Source: Atractiella rhizophila (taxonomy: Eukaryota). From it: a stretch of 45,483 nucleotides of DNA. The stretch is taken from contig MU271295.1 in the NCBI GenBank assembly GCA_021432655.1, positions 1 to 45,483 of the forward strand, in the 5' to 3' direction. The notes beneath the pieces are model-generated. The model saw only the letters and a list, made by a program, of their open reading frames with translations, was not told the origin of the DNA and did no database searches. Position 1 is the first letter of the stretch; each line of letters begins with the position of its first letter. Of this stretch, positions 23,305 through 37,101 are shown in pieces. Made by a program: the position numbers and the translations under genes.

Positions 23305-26300
23305 TCACTTCAAGCTGTTCCTGAACGCGTCCACATTTAATTCTCCGTACTCCTCTTCCTCAACCGTCCTTTCCATTTCTTCCAATCCCTCAAGTAGCAT
23401 CTTCCCCTCTCCGCCAGTGCCTTCCTTACGTGGTTCTTTCTTTTCTCTCGACCCGGACCCTTCCCCAATGGTAAAAAGATCTAAGAGCTGATCCGTATCC
23501 ATGCTTGCCAAACTGGAGTTCTGCTGGCTAACGACTGTGTTAGCCACCGACAGCTTGAACCGCTGCAAGCCCATAATCTTCTCCTCCAAGGTTGCTCGCG
23601 TGATTAACCGATAGACATTCACAACTCTCCTTTGCCCCAGTCGATGAGCGCGATCCATGGCTTGCAAGTCCTTCATAGGATTCCAGTCATGTTCGACAAA
23701 GATAACGGTATCTGCGCCAGTTAAATTCAACCCGAGGCCGCCAACGTGTGTAGTAAGCAAGAGACAATCGATAGAAGGATCGCTGTTGAACGTCTGGACG
23801 ACAGCGTGCCGTTTCGAGGGATCTGTCGAGCCGTCTAAGCGCATATAGGTGACGGACGGCATGAGTGCTTGGAACAAAGTGGTTTCGATGAGGTCAAGCA
23901 TCCGCTTGAGCTGACAGAAAATGAGAGCGCGGTGAGGGGAGACTGTAGATGGGAGAGCTGAAGTCGGAGATGAGGACGACTCTTTGGACATCCCAATGCC
24001 ACAATCACTCAGGAGTTGCCTAATACAAATATTCAGCGTTAACACAATAATCGAGGAACTATATACTTAAGTGCCAGCAGTTTAGGTGCGTGATTGACAT
24101 CGTTCAGCGCCATCATTCCCTTCCCGCCACCGTGTCGCTCCAAAATATCCATGTGCGACTTCTCTTGAGGGTTGAACACCAAGGCAGGATGATTGACAAG
24201 TTTTTTCAAATACTGGATCGCTTGGAAAACATGTTGACCCATCTTTTTCTCCTGTTTCCCGCTAGAAGATGCTGAGCTGCGAATTTCCCCTTCCACCTCG
24301 TCGCCCATCTTATTCTTTTTGAAGTCTTCAAACAGCTCCAACTGCATTAGGGAAAGATCGCAGTTGTAGTCCTGGATGATCTTTGGAGGCAAGTCGTCTA
24401 AGACGTCTTCCTTGAGGCGGCGTAGCAGGAAAGGAAGCACTTGTTTGTGAAGGGCTTCGAGCGCTTTCGCCCCAGCCTGCTGCTCCTTGGAGGATGATTT
24501 GGCGTCCCGAGAAGCAAGGATTGGTTTGCCGAAACGCTCATGAAAGGATTTCTCGCTACCTAAGAAACCAGGCATAAGGAAGTCAAAAAGGGACCAGAGC
24601 TCGACGACGTTGTTTTGGATAGGTGTTCCAGAGAGAATGAGACGGTGGTTTGCCCGTATAAGTTTCGTTGCTTTCGTCAACTTCGTTTTGCTGTTACGGA
24701 TGACGTGGCCTATTCATATATAACTGTTAGCAAGCGACATTTTACACAGTAGAGATTGTGCCTTCATCCAGGATGCAATAGTTCCAAGTCACCTGCGAAA
24801 GGATTTCGATATCGTTCCGCACGATATCGTATGTGCAAATGACGGCATCGTAACGGCGAATCGTCGGAGCCAAACGTTCTCTCTCTCCAGGCGTCCCCCC
24901 GTACATCAGCGGCTTGAGATTTGTCGCATAGGTCAGAATTTCTTGTTCCCAATGTCCCGTCAGGGTAGGAGGGCACACAATCAGGGAAGGGAGATGAACG
25001 GAATCGGCACTCTTTGTCGCCTTGTGCTCTTCCGCTCGTTCATGGTGCTTGGAAGCCAAGATCGTGATCGACTGAAGAGTTTTTCCAAGACCCATGTCGT
25101 CGCAGAGAATGCCATGAAGTTGATATTTGGCGAGGAAAGCCAACCAGGACACTCCTTCGCGTTGGTACTTTCGTAACTCGGCATTGACGACAACCGGTAC
25201 CTCGTAAGGCACAACTTTCGAACCGTCCAAAAGTTGAGACAGGAATTGCCGCTCTTCGTCACGTTTTTTCAGTAACGCGTCTGAAAATCCAGGTGGATCG
25301 GGGAGACCAGATTCCAGAGGAACTAGCTTGATGAGTGTGGCAAAAGTGTGAGTACTCAGGAGACGCATGTCTTCGTCGGAGTCACTCATCCGGCCCAGAA
25401 CCGGGACGACTAGGAAGAGCACGTAGGGAAGAATATTGACATCGAGAGAATCGACGACGTCTGTTCCACGACTTAAGAAATTCGGACGAAAAAGGACAGG
25501 CTACACTAACGAGAGATTAACTCGGCAACACCCTGCCTGTTGGTGACATTTAAAGGGTCGGCTAAGAATGGCAAGCATTCTGTCACTACCAGCTTCATTC
25601 CTTCTACCGGTACAATTTTTGCCAGATCTGCAAAGCCTTTCGCAGCTGCATAACGAATGACTGCAAATTTGCTCCGACATGCAAGAAGAATCTTCGGGAG
25701 TAGTTCGAATACTTGGAAATGAAGGGAAGGATGGAGTGTCTGGAGGACGGTGGGTAAAACAGTAAGACAGTCTACTACCTCCTGCGCCGTCCCAGGGGAA
25801 GCCGCAAAAGTCGCATCGGCAGCATCTACTTCGTCTGTAACACAGTCAGCGGGTGCCAAGTACTTGGAGTAAACATATACCATTGGCATAAGCCACCAAG
25901 AGTTGGGACGACATGCACTCCCACAGCTTCGGAAGTTTCTGGAAAATCTTTTCTCCAAACCGATCTGCTAGCTGAGACAGTGCGAAGTGGGCACCTCTGT
26001 GCACAAGTCTCGCCTCAGACAGAATCGGCTCGCCCTTCCCTTCCTTCCCATTTTTCACGTCCCGTTCTGCCGTAGCCCTCCTCTGAAGTGTGAGGATTCC
26101 GCTCAGCCTCGATCTTTCACTAGCAAACAGAGGCGTTTTGTCTGGGTCTTGACAAAGAAAAGTGCAGAGGTTCTTCAGCAGCTTGTCAGATGGATTTGAT
26201 TTAGGCGCAGAGGGGCCATTGCACAGGTCGATGAGGCTAGCGATGGAAAGAGCAGCACGCTTCTGAAGGTCAATGTTTTCCTCGCCTTTGATACTGGTTG

Positions 26301-29300
26301 TAAGAGTCTTGATAAGCGGTGTGAGTTTCGGCGGAAGGGCAGCGAGAGCGATAATGCCTCCAGCGATGGACGCATAAGTTTGACGATCGATCCTTGTTTT
26401 CGACGTCTGCCACAAACGAATAAGCTCGCGGATCCTAGACTGTCGCTCCTTGAGGGGAGGCAGCGACCTCGTTTTCATTCCACGCCCCATTAAAGGTACC
26501 AAAGCATCGAAGATTCGCTCCACCACATCTTCCGCAGAAGAGATAGAGAAAACTGGACCCGAAGATATTCCATCAGGGAAAGGGGGCAAATCGGGGATCT
26601 TCGCTTGAGGAACTTTGGAATGGACAAAGCCGTCATAGAGACCCTGGCAGTATGTTCGAATTTGGCGAAGGAGCCCATAAAGCTCGAGGTACGAATTCGG
26701 CCCTTCGGACTCAATAAGAGATAAAAGAAGTGTCGACATTGATTTATGAAGGTCACTCGTAGCCCTGCTGGCACCGGGGATTTTCATCCACTCTTCAATT
26801 ATTGTCGCAACAACGAACTTGGGGAACGCGGTTGCGCCATTCAAAAGTCCTTCAAAGCACGGGAAAAAGGTAGGATGCTGATTCTGTAATACAAAGATCA
26901 GCTTTCGATGTGGCTTGAGATTAAGACCCTACCGCTTCTGGCCAGACGGCGAGAATCAAGGAGAAAGCGGTACATCCATCAATTCGCCCACGTAGCACAG
27001 TCTCTGTATCCACAAGTGCCAAGTCTTGTTCCATCATTGCTTTATCAATGTTGTAGGCCGCAAATCTCCCAGATCCTTTAGCATCGTAAAAACACTCCAC
27101 AGGCATTGGTGTACCGATCTCACTCGTCAAAATCCGAATCCAGTCAGAAATCATGTTACTAAGATTGTTCCATGGGGGAATACCACCAGCTTGAACAAAA
27201 ACTCTTTTAATGACCATGCTCCAAGATTCGAGGGACGAAGCACGAATGTCACTCCTTTCCTCAAGGATGATGTTCTGAAAGAGTAGGCGTAGAAGCCTCT
27301 CATCGAGCCAACCGAAATCGGACATATCGAGTGTCAGGAATATGTTGAGCGCTTTGACAACAGAAAGTCGAACACCGCTGATGGTATGACGAAAGTAGGG
27401 GTATAGTTTGGGAATCAATAGCGGTAGGGTTCGATCTTCGCTCGACTGCTGCTTCATGTCCTCAAGAACGGTTGGAAATTGCATCAGCTCGGCTGCACGC
27501 GCTGCGTTAATACACAAGTGTGTTCACTCAGATGAATAGATGACACACCAAGCAAGTCCATCACTCCAGCCACCGAACTTGCCAAATCATCCTTGAGCTC
27601 GCCCAAGCAGCCCCACAGATCATCGATGAGCATATGAAGCTCAGCAGGCAGATGGTTTACTATAGCGTCCGCAATCGGCAAGAGGGTGGATGCAGCGACA
27701 GCTTTGACATCGTCATCCTTGTCCTTGAGTCCTATCAGAGCAGCGTTGACGACGGTTTGCAGTAGCTTCTCCTTGTTCTCCACGCCATCCACTTCCATTT
27801 TCACCTCCACTTTATCCTCCTCAAGTTTTATGCCCCCTCCTTCAATCGTCAAAAGAGATTCCTTCAGAAGCTCACTTTTCACCGCAACAAGATACTTAAG
27901 GCCCAAAAGGCCAGCATGCCGAACTTGCCAAACATTCTGAATATCTTGGGCAGGGTCAGAAGTGGTGAAATCTTGATAAATCATTTGTATGAGAATGACG
28001 TTAACTTTGACGACGCTGGAAAGAGGCATATGAAGGAGTAAACTGGCAAGTGTCTGACTGGCGGTTTCTCGAACTGGCGCCACGACCTAGTACTTCCTGT
28101 CAACTGAGGACTTCCACAACGACGGAACGTACGTGATCTCCTGTAAAATCTCCAAAACGGTCGAGCGCAAAAACACAAAGTATGCGAGTCGCGAGGTCCT
28201 CGCACCACTCTTCGTGCTTCCGCTCGTTCTCCGCTCTTGGGAGGCCTTCCACCATCCCCGCACTCGCGCCTTGAAGCTTCAGAATCTCTCTCAGTCCACA
28301 AGCTGCGCCATGTCTTGCCTCCCATCCCTCCGAAAATAACTGAACCGCCAACGCTTCACACACAGCTTGAAAGGGCCAACTTCCTAGCTTGTACTCTGCC
28401 GCAACTCTTTCCCGTTCTTTCCCGTCCAAATAATCCGCCGAAACGTCAACTTCACCTCCTTTACTGACATGTTCTAGTTGGTCGCTCGGATCATCCTCCT
28501 TCTTCCCTTCTTTAGGCGATTGTGGTGGAGAAGACTTGAGTTGAGCTGGTATAGAGACGGGAGTTGGTGTCCCTGAGCCGCCCCCTGCCCCGCCTCCTCC
28601 GGCTCCTCCTCCTGCCACCCCTCCTCCTTCGACGATTCGGACCTTTGAAGTGGTGACAAGCTTGCCACCGCCTTTTCGTTTGCGTTTAAGACGGTTCCGT
28701 TCGCGAGCTGAGAGCGGTTCCTCATTCTCTGTTGGATCCTCCGGGATGACTGGAGGTGGAGAAACAGCTTTGAGCTTGGGTTTTGAGGATGAAATAACGG
28801 GGAGGGAGTTGGAGCGAGAAGCAGACGTGAGCCGTGGCGGTGGAATGGAAGACATACTTCCCGGCTGGAAGCGAGGTGGAGGAAGCCTATTTGTGGAAGT
28901 CGTTGCTGTGATTACCCGTCCAGTTTCGGGTGACGGCGAGTCTACCATAGAACATCAGTTGAACAGCAAAGGAAAAGGGAAAGATAAGATACTAACCCGC
29001 AGGCTCATCCTCGTCTCCACCCATCTCCATCGCTACCTCTTTCGCAATCTCTTGTGTCAGTTCGTCTTGCACTCCAACTCCACCAAACATCCCCCCCAAA
29101 CCTAAACGTTCCACCATATCCATCTTCGCCTGTTCCAGCCTCTCTTGAGCATTGCCTTTGCCTCCTTTCTCACGCTTATCGAATTCCTTCCCCGTGCTTG
29201 CTAGTAAAAGTTTCCCTTTCCCGAGTATCGTCTGAAGAGAGAAGGACGAGAGAGTCCACGACCCATTTGACGCTAGGACTGGGGGCAAAGAAGGAGACGT

Positions 29301-29811
29301 AGGAGAGGTTGGAAGTGGCACGGAATCTCCATCCATTTCGGCATCTGTATCGATGGGAGGAGCGAGCGTGGGATCCCATACTCCAACAGAACGACATATT
29401 GCGTCTATGGCCTGCGAAGCGGCCGCTCGCGTATCGTGATTTCGCGAACTCAAGAATGGCAACACCTGCGATTATTCGTGAACGAAATTGTGAACCAGGA
29501 AACATGACGCACCCTTCCAACTAGAGATGCCACCTCTCCCCATTCCCCTTCGGTACCTCTCCAAGTATTGATGTCCACATTCGCACCAATATCGATCTTT
29601 CGCGCTGAACCAGACGTCGTCGAACTGTGTGCGACAGTCTGGAGGGCGATTTGGCCTAACTGCCTCGCGGCTGTTAGCCTAACGCTCGAGCTCGAGCCCT
29701 GATCAAGGAGGTTTATAAGTCTATCTAATCTACTCTCCCACAGGACAAGTCAGCAAAATAGTGGACAACACTCGTGTTTCAATAAATGAAAATCACGTGC
29801 CTTGTTGTCAT
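23305..29811 (-). CDS. MOT1: TATA-binding protein-associated Snf2 ATPase Mot1/BTAF1 (multi-exon)
   Basis: N-terminus MTTR|LDRLINLLDQGSSSSVRLTAARQLGQIA. HEAT region WEARHGAACGLREI, ALDRFGDF, APVRETASQ. ATPase motifs GILCDDMGLGKTLQ, CILDEG|H, LSGTPIQNN, LLTTHVGGLGLNLTGADTVIF, QAMDRAHRLGQ. Confidence 0.97.
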
Positions 29812-30583
29812 GCGAAAGGTTCGTGAAAACTTCGTGAAAGGTAGATGAGGGATTTTCTGAGGGGAATCGCCCCAGTCCTTTTATTTTACCCAACTGTGCC
29901 CGCCTAACACGGGCCGATGGACCTGTGTATGATCGATATTATAGCATTTTTCTGAGTTTATGCCACGCGACTCGTTTGTGTCTTCTTTGCCAGGACCAAA
30001 CATATCTTGATCCAGGCGAGCGGCGAAGAGCATATTCACGGTTTGGGAGGCGTTCATGACTACTAGTATGTGAAGGAGACCTTGCAACGGGTTGGAGTAG
30101 AGCGCTAAATTTGGGTAACGATAGTAATCTGATTTGCCGTCGCGAGCGTACCTTCTCTCGAAGAGACGCATTCGAGCCTTTCTCTAAGCGTGTGCTATGT
30201 TCCGCCTTGGATGGCTCGGGCTCTGGAACTCGCAGTTGCTTCGAAAATGGTGGCGAGTCGAGAGAGGCACGAATGACTTGCCGTCTATTTCTTCCTGGTG
30301 ACTTGTCCAGTCGCCATTCCGTTCCACCTGGTTGGAATGTAGGACCAACCCTTTTGTGCTGTGGCTCAAAGCAGTCGGCTCTTCAGCCAACTCTGACAGC
30401 GAATTATGGCAAAAATAATATGACATAGTGATCAATCGACGACACTTCCAAGAAGGTGGAGTGGAATGGCAGATACGAAATCTGCGCTACAATAGGTCGC
30501 ACAATACTTTCATTCTTGCTGGTTAAAGTTCAGCATTCAGCTCGCCATTGAGAGCATTGTCACCTACGGGGGAGCAAACATAC

Positions 30584-31172
30584 TCAGAAAACATCCTTCA
30601 CCTCCTTCGGTGCCACGATGCCCTTCCTGACTTCGTAATAAACGACGCTGGAGTCCGTTTCTGCAATCGCCATTGTCACCATCTGTACATCCCGTCCCTC
30701 AAGCGCTTTAAAGATGCCTGAGATTCTTTACCCCATCAAATCCATCAAAACGAGCGTTGCGCATATATTATACGAAGAAAACACGTACCTGGATACCGAC
30801 AGTTCCGTGTTCAGTGGAATGGGTAGGAACCAAGATTCCTCTCCAGATACACGTCCAGACTTGCGGCAACGGATGAAAAGTAGAGGGTCTGACCAGGAGG
30901 GGGCTGAGACGGAAATGGGGGTGAGAGAGCGATAGGATTGTACTACCATTTGAATGTAAGTTTGACAGAAGATTGTAGGTGTTTAAGGTGACGGACAAAG
31001 GTATAAGTCTTGCGCTGTCTGGAGGAGGCTGCTCCTTTGCATGAGGTGGGTCGAGAGGAGAGAGCGGAACTGGTATTTGCTCAGTTTCATTGATGGTAAG
31101 CAATATATTGTCACCATCTAGTGGCTCAGCAGTCTGAACTTGGTTCTTTTGAAGGAAATTCGTCCTTGACAT
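30584..31172 (-). CDS. SEN15: tRNA-splicing endonuclease subunit Sen15-like (at least 2 exons; ends approximate)
   Basis: C-terminal exon RISGIFKAL..VTMAIAETDSSVVYYEVRKGIVAPKE fits the Sen15 'LAI..DSTVVYY...G..P' signature. The upstream ORF 30768-31172 has LVPTHSTE before a likely intron. Confidence 0.7.
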
Positions 31173-31185
31173 GAGTTATCCGAAA

Positions 31186-31219
31186 CAAGAACATCCACTA
31201 AGCAAGAACATCCACTAAG
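31186..31219. repeat. Perfect 17-bp tandem direct repeat (CAAGAACATCCACTAAG x2)
   Basis: Seen directly, just upstream of the putative SEN15 ATG. Confidence 0.95.
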
Positions 31220-32392
31220 CAGTTTCGTCACTCCAAGTATAGTTACTGGTCTTTGAAGGGGTTTCAAATAGCGTAGGGCTACCAGCTCCTTTCGAATCCA
31301 ATGAAGCAGGAGTAACAGGCTCAATTCTGACCGATGGAAACATTCACGCAGGAAGAGAGTCACATTTCATGTATATAAGAGTGTGACCTGTTTCATCATG
31401 GAAGTAAAGTACTGCTGTGCCTCACAGTGAATATCGCCCTGAACTTGGAAACAAAGTAATGAATGCAAAACTAGGCAGCTCAGTTGCGCGACTACCAAAA
31501 GGCGTCTTTGAGCTAACTTGCAAGGATATTAGCTAGCATTGATGGAGTGACTTTGAAAAATACAAAGAGTATCTTTGAGAAAATGCAGGCGACGTGCCTG
31601 AGTTGATTGGAGATAACAGATTCAGAATAGAGGTGGCACAGAGGGTTGAGCACGCAACAAGAAAACATGATGGAAATTGCAAATGAAGAACCTGGCCCAC
31701 CTGTTCTATCATCTCCTTGTATTCCCTGGCGCCTTCCTTAGCTCCATTTTCCTCGCTCATTTTTCTGGTTTCAAAGCCTTTCTTTCTCGCCCGTGGTGCT
31801 CAGGTGGTTGTGGATTACGGGGTTTGTAGTTATGTAGCCAACTCTCCACTTTGAGCGAAACAAACGTCATCAAAAACGAAGAGTGGTTGCTGGTTACAGT
31901 AGATTCGTGATTCGTAGAGATTCAAGACAGATTGATTCTGAGATTATTGCTCCAAAGAAACGTTAGCGTTTGGCTCAGGTGAGCATGTCTGCAAGTCGAA
32001 ATTACTGCCTTTCCAAGTATTCATGGGAGACCTTCAGAGTTCCACGCTGGAGCCTGTCAACCCCAGAGAGTACTTCATGTGAGCACACGCAAGCCAGTAA
32101 TGTAGCATTGTCGGAAGATAGATCGCATGCTCATGGCATGCGAGAAAGGCACAGCAAGTTCGGGGTGTGAGTTGCTTGACCTTCAAGCTTTAAGGTGCCC
32201 GGTCTGGGATCTGGGGAGACCGTATTTCGCAACTTCTTGAGCAGTATTCATTGCATAAATTATGAATCAGAAAATGAGGTTGATTCGGTAGCACTGCGTC
32301 TATTTGCATTATGAAAGCGCGAGCAGGAAGTGAACACTAGTTCTCTTTTGCTAACTACCTACGCAGAACCGCCTATCGCTGAATTGACAAGC

Positions 32393-34771
32393 ATGTCCTC
32401 ATCTCCGGCCTTCGACCTCTACTCTATAACGTGGCATCCCTCACTCCGTTTCCTCATCTGCATCGCGTCCCTCCACACGGCAATCCAATTACACCACTTC
32501 TCTCTGCACGACGAGCGCTCTTTCCAGGATCCCGAAGAATCGGTCAACGCTGCACGGGAGAAGAGAATTGATGATCAGATTTTACACCAGAGGCAGATGG
32601 CGGCAGAGGAGTGGCTGAGGGCTGTTTGTAAAGGATTACAAGTCGGTTCGTACAGTTTTGATCTGTACACCTGCCATTGAGGTGATTCGCCGATACAATT
32701 CTATACTACAGACACACGCAATCTACCGCCGAAAATCACAATCGAAGATTTACGCGAAGCGGCGCAGAATTCTGACCTGGACGAAGCACAACATCATGAA
32801 ATAGCACACGACCTGGTAGTTATATCCCTCACGTCCTCGGTGTCTCAGTCTTCCTCATCCAAATCCAAATCTTCGCCCTCCTCCGCGGACCCATCTTCTT
32901 TCATTTACTCCTCTCATTATCGTGCTCTTGTCCGTTCCACACTTGACAGCTTACAGATCCCTCGTATGCATCTCGGGAGAGCGGAACAGCAAGTTTCTCA
33001 GAGCTTGTACTTCAGTATGGAGGAGGCGAGGAAGAAAGAGGAGGACAAGGAGGCAGCTGGGAAGACCGGGTGGCTGAACGGTGTGATGGAGGCAAAGAAG
33101 AAGGCGGAGGGGAAGAATAAGTTATTGAAGTGGGGAATGACTGGCGCGGGATTCATTGTGTGTGGTTCCCCCTCCTCGTCTTTTTGCAGTCTTTGATGAA
33201 CCCAACCGTGAAGGTTGGAGGGGTAGCGCTCGGCTTGACGGGGTATTCATCATTGCTTCTTCTGTAGAATTGGTGATTGCTAACATGAACCGCAACAGAG
33301 GGCTCGCCGCTCCCGCCGTCATACCCATCCTCAGTGGGCTGGGAATAGGGATCTTTGCTGGCGCTGGAGGAGTCGTCGGGCTAGGCTTTCTGTTCGGTTT
33401 GGCAGGTCCGTCCCATGGACCATCATCTTGTTCCATTTCTACTCAGTCTTCTGCAGATTAATGCTAACAGTTCCCTGTTCGTTGTCCAGGAGGAGGACTT
33501 GCTGCTTATAGGACAGAAAAACGATTTCAAGCGATCGAAGAATTTGGGTTCGAAAAGATTGGCGAAAAGGAGGAGAAGGAAGAGGGCTTGCCTGATATTC
33601 CTGCACTCGACGCAAGTCTCCATTCTTTTCGTTGATGAAAGGTAGAAAAATGATCTCGAACTTAGGTGACGATATGTTGTGCCGGTTTCCTCGTCAATCC
33701 AGAGGAATACATATCAATTTTTGCGCCTATGTACAGTTCACCGCACGTGGATGCATATGCAGTCAAATGCGAAACAGAGGGTACGTCATCCTTTTCTCTT
33801 CGTTATTCGCTGTCTAATTGACTTGCGTTGCAGCCTACCTAAATGCCGGCAAGAAGCTGGATCACTATGTTAGAAACTACCTCATCAAAGTTGGCACCAT
33901 AGAAGTCTTGAAGCGAACCGCCCTCGCTGCTGTTCTTGGTGCCGTGGCTCTCCCCATGACGGTGTATAAGACCGCCAGTATGACATTAGACAATGACTTC
34001 CAGCGAACGCGAGTATGCTTGTATCCCTGTTCGTCGAAGGCTTAACTTATTGTGCTTGTGAGCGAAGGACAAGGCAGCCAAAGCTGGAGTTCTTCTCGCT
34101 GACGTTCTGAGCAAACGGGTGCAAGGTGGACGTCCTGTCACTTTGGTCCGTTTATTTCATTTTCCACTCAAATTGGATGACTGATGGACTAATTCAGGTT
34201 GGTTCCTCGCTGGGAGCGATCACCGTCTTCAATTGTCTGTTGGAACTGAGAAAGATGGGATTGCACGATCTGGTCTACGACGCCATCCTTATTTCTGCAC
34301 CACTTTCTCCAAGTTACACAGAATGGGAGCTGGCCAGGAGCGTAGTCGCACACAATGTTTACAATGTGTGGTCAGATGAAGATTTGTGGGCATTTTCTTC
34401 TCCCTCGTCCACTGCCTCATCAACGCTTCATCCAGTGTGCTCGCCATCGTCGCGAGACTCCACTCACTGGTGTCGACGAAAATGACATATAAGGTTGCTG
34501 GACTTCAGGCTACAGATGCAAAAGGCATTGTCAACGTCGACATATCTGACATTCTGGGTGAGCCATCCAGCCAAGATCCTTCCGTGGATTATATTGAAGC
34601 GTGGTAGGCGGACATCTCGAACTTGCTGCCAAAATGTCAGCGATTCTGGAGAGGGTGAAAGATGTGGATGAAGGGAAGGAGATCACAATCAAGAAGAAAT
34701 CTAAAGAGGAAAGGGAGAGAGATCTGAAGGAGGCTGAAGCCAAGGAGGGCAAGCTTGTGGATTCCGAATAA
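32393..34771 (+). CDS. DUF726 / TMCO4-Mil1-like alpha/beta-hydrolase-fold membrane protein (multi-exon)
   Basis: Gly-rich hydrophobic GAGFIV|GGVALGLTG|GLAAPAVIP..FGLAG|GGL, IEEFGF, DKAAKAGVLLADVL..QGGRPVTL|VGSSLGA (GxSxG), N.WSDED and VAGLQ. Stop at 34769-34771. Confidence 0.88.
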
Positions 34772-34905
34772 CCTCATGTTTGAATTGTACATAGGAAACG
34801 ACATATATATTGCTCCACCAAAATGTAGGTACATTTGATATAGAAGCGTCACAAACTACTGCAAAATCAAGGCATTCCAGTATAGATATAAAATGCCGTC
34901 CTAAT

Positions 34906-37101
34906 TCAGCGGACATCAACTGGTGGATCAAACATGGGAACCTTCCCCCATTCAAACTTAGCAGCCTTAAAAGCCTCCAGAACCTCTGCTGGTAAATCAC
35001 TGCTCTTCGGTGCCCACTCCGCGTACGGGTCGTTGATCTGACCAGAGGCGGCACCGAATGGTGTTGCAACAGAGGAGGCTTGCCCAAATCCGCCTCCGCT
35101 TCCAAATGTCGTTGCTTGAGCAGGAACATTATTGATAGTGAAGGCGGGCTGAGAGTTGCCTGGCGGTTGTTGTTGTGGAGGGGCAGTGCCAGTCGAAGTA
35201 AAAGCAGATTGAAAACCTGTCGATGGTTGAGGAGTTGCGGATGCACCAAAAGGGAGGCTGGAGGTGGTGGCTGTGGTGGAACCAAACGCTGGCACAGTGG
35301 TGGAGGCTGCAGAACCAAAAGGAATGCTGCTGGTGTTTCCGAATCCCGTCTGTCCGAAGGCGGGCGCAGCTGCTGACCCAAAAGCAGGAGCGGAAGTTGT
35401 AGATCCAAAAGCAGGAGCAGGAGCAGAAGTCGTAGATCCGAAAGCAGGAGCAGACGTTGTAGATCCAAAAGCAGGAGCAGAAGCCGTTGATCCAAATGCA
35501 GGTGCAGACGTTGCCCCAAAAGCTGGCGCCGGAGTTGAACCAAACGTAGGTGCGGGTGTTGAGCCAAATGCGGAAGCAGCTGGGGCAGATGATCCAAAAC
35601 TGTTTGTTGAAGAGGTTCCAAAAGGAGTGGTAGACTGTTCTCCAATCACGATGTTTTCTTTTCATAAAGGAACCATTGAACTTACAGCTGTACTACCAAA
35701 TGCCCCAAACCCACTGGCTGCAGGTTTGTTGCCAAACGCTCCAAAACCCCCCGAGGAAGGAGCTGTGGAAGCAGCACCACCTCCGAATCCAGTCTGCCCA
35801 AATGCGGGAGCAGCTTTCGCACCGAACCCAGTCTGCCCAAAAGCAGGAACAGCTGCGGAAGTCCCACCAAATCCTGTCGATCCGAAGGTTCCAGTCCCAC
35901 CACTTGTACTTGCACCGAAAGGTGTCGTGGTGGATGTAGCTCCGAACGCAGAAGGTTTTCCAAAAGCTGGGGCTGAGGTGGAAGAACCACCGAAAGCTGG
36001 CGCAGTCGTGGCGCTTCCAAAAGCGCTAGGAGCACTCGATCCTCCAAACGCTGATGTGGTCGAACCCCCAAAGGCAGGAGCAGCGGTAGAACCACCGAAC
36101 CCCGTCTGCCCAAAAGCTGGAGCAGCTGACGAGCCGAAAGCACCAGGTTTCGGTGCGCCGAATGTAGATGGCTGCCCAAATGCCGATGTAGAAGCAGTGG
36201 AACCAAAAGGAGTTGTCCCACCTCCTCCAAAGGCGTTGCTCGCCCCACTTCCACCTCCAAAGGCGTTCGTTGCCCCAAATGCGTTAGTGTCGGTCGAGGC
36301 GCCAAAAGCCGTTGTTGTGCCACCTCCACCAAAAGCTGATGGTTTGGATCCGAAAGCATTTGATGCGCCGAATGCTGATGTGCTCGAGTTGTTTCCACCA
36401 AAAGCGCTCGTGGTAGACGAGCCGAAGGCTGAAGGCGTCGATGACGAACCAAATGCGTTTGTGCTGGCTCCAAAAGCGCTTGGGGCTGGACCTGACTCCT
36501 GCCCTCAGCGCCCTGACTGCCGCTTTGATCCCACCTACCGTTCAATGCGTCCTGTTGTTTCTTGTGCTTCTCCTTGGCCATGTCAAAAGCACCGTTCAAA
36601 TTATTGAGGGCTTCATTCACCAATCCCTCAGACCGCTGTAGGAGCGCGGGTTCTCTCTGTTCCCAAAATTCAATATGCTACTCTCTCCTGGTGAGCGAAA
36701 GATGGCCTACATAAAGACTTTCATTGCTCTTGGCTCTCGCTTCATAAAAATTGAGTCGTAATTCTTCTGGAGAAAAATCTTGCCCATCAATAAGGGACGG
36801 TTGCTCTTTTGCTGCTCCATAGCTCGTGAAAGGCCAAGGTGGTCGGTCAATTGTCAAATCACTCTTGATTGTGTCAGTCCTACACCGTCATAAGAACTGA
36901 ATGTGACGAAGGGGAAGGGAATATTCACGTAAATGTGGGTTTACTGTCCGTAGAAGAGGAACCCCAACGCGAACTGTTTGTTCCATTGTAGGGTGGATTG
37001 GGCGGACCGGTTGATGGAGACGTGTTTGCATTCGGATGGTCGTTAAAGCAGTTCTTCCCAAACTTGCAGGTCCCTTGAAGGTAGTACGAGCAGACTGGCA
37101 T
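34906..37101 (-). CDS. NUP42: CCCH zinc-finger FG nucleoporin, Nup42/Amo1/NUPL2 family (multi-exon)
   Basis: N-terminus MPVCSYYLQGTCKFGKNCFNDHP (CCCH), long AFG/PFG/GFG repeat tract, and C-terminal LEAFKAAKFEWGKVPMFDPP resembling the Gle1-binding motif. Confidence 0.88.
35260..36490 (-). repeat. Coding FG-repeat tract, including ~27-nt tandem units encoding PAFGSTTSA
   Basis: Repeated GATCCAAAAGCAGGAGCAGA-like units on the plus strand at ~35375-35530, and recurring AFGQTGFG. Confidence 0.9.

Noticed and set aside
29881..30435. Short ORFs between MOT1 and SEN15
   Set aside because: No recognisable motifs or convincing splice structure.
31533..31760. 75-aa minus-strand ORF (MSEENGAKEG...)
   Set aside because: No homology recognised and no supportable gene model.
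35375..35530. Regularly spaced ~27-nt repeats resembling a CRISPR array
   Set aside because: Coding PAFGSTTSA repeats in a eukaryotic gene, with no unique spacers and no cas genes.
35264..36607. 447-aa plus-strand ORF rich in PKAGA repeats
   Set aside because: Antisense shadow of the FG-repeat nucleoporin; the repeat codons lack antisense stops.
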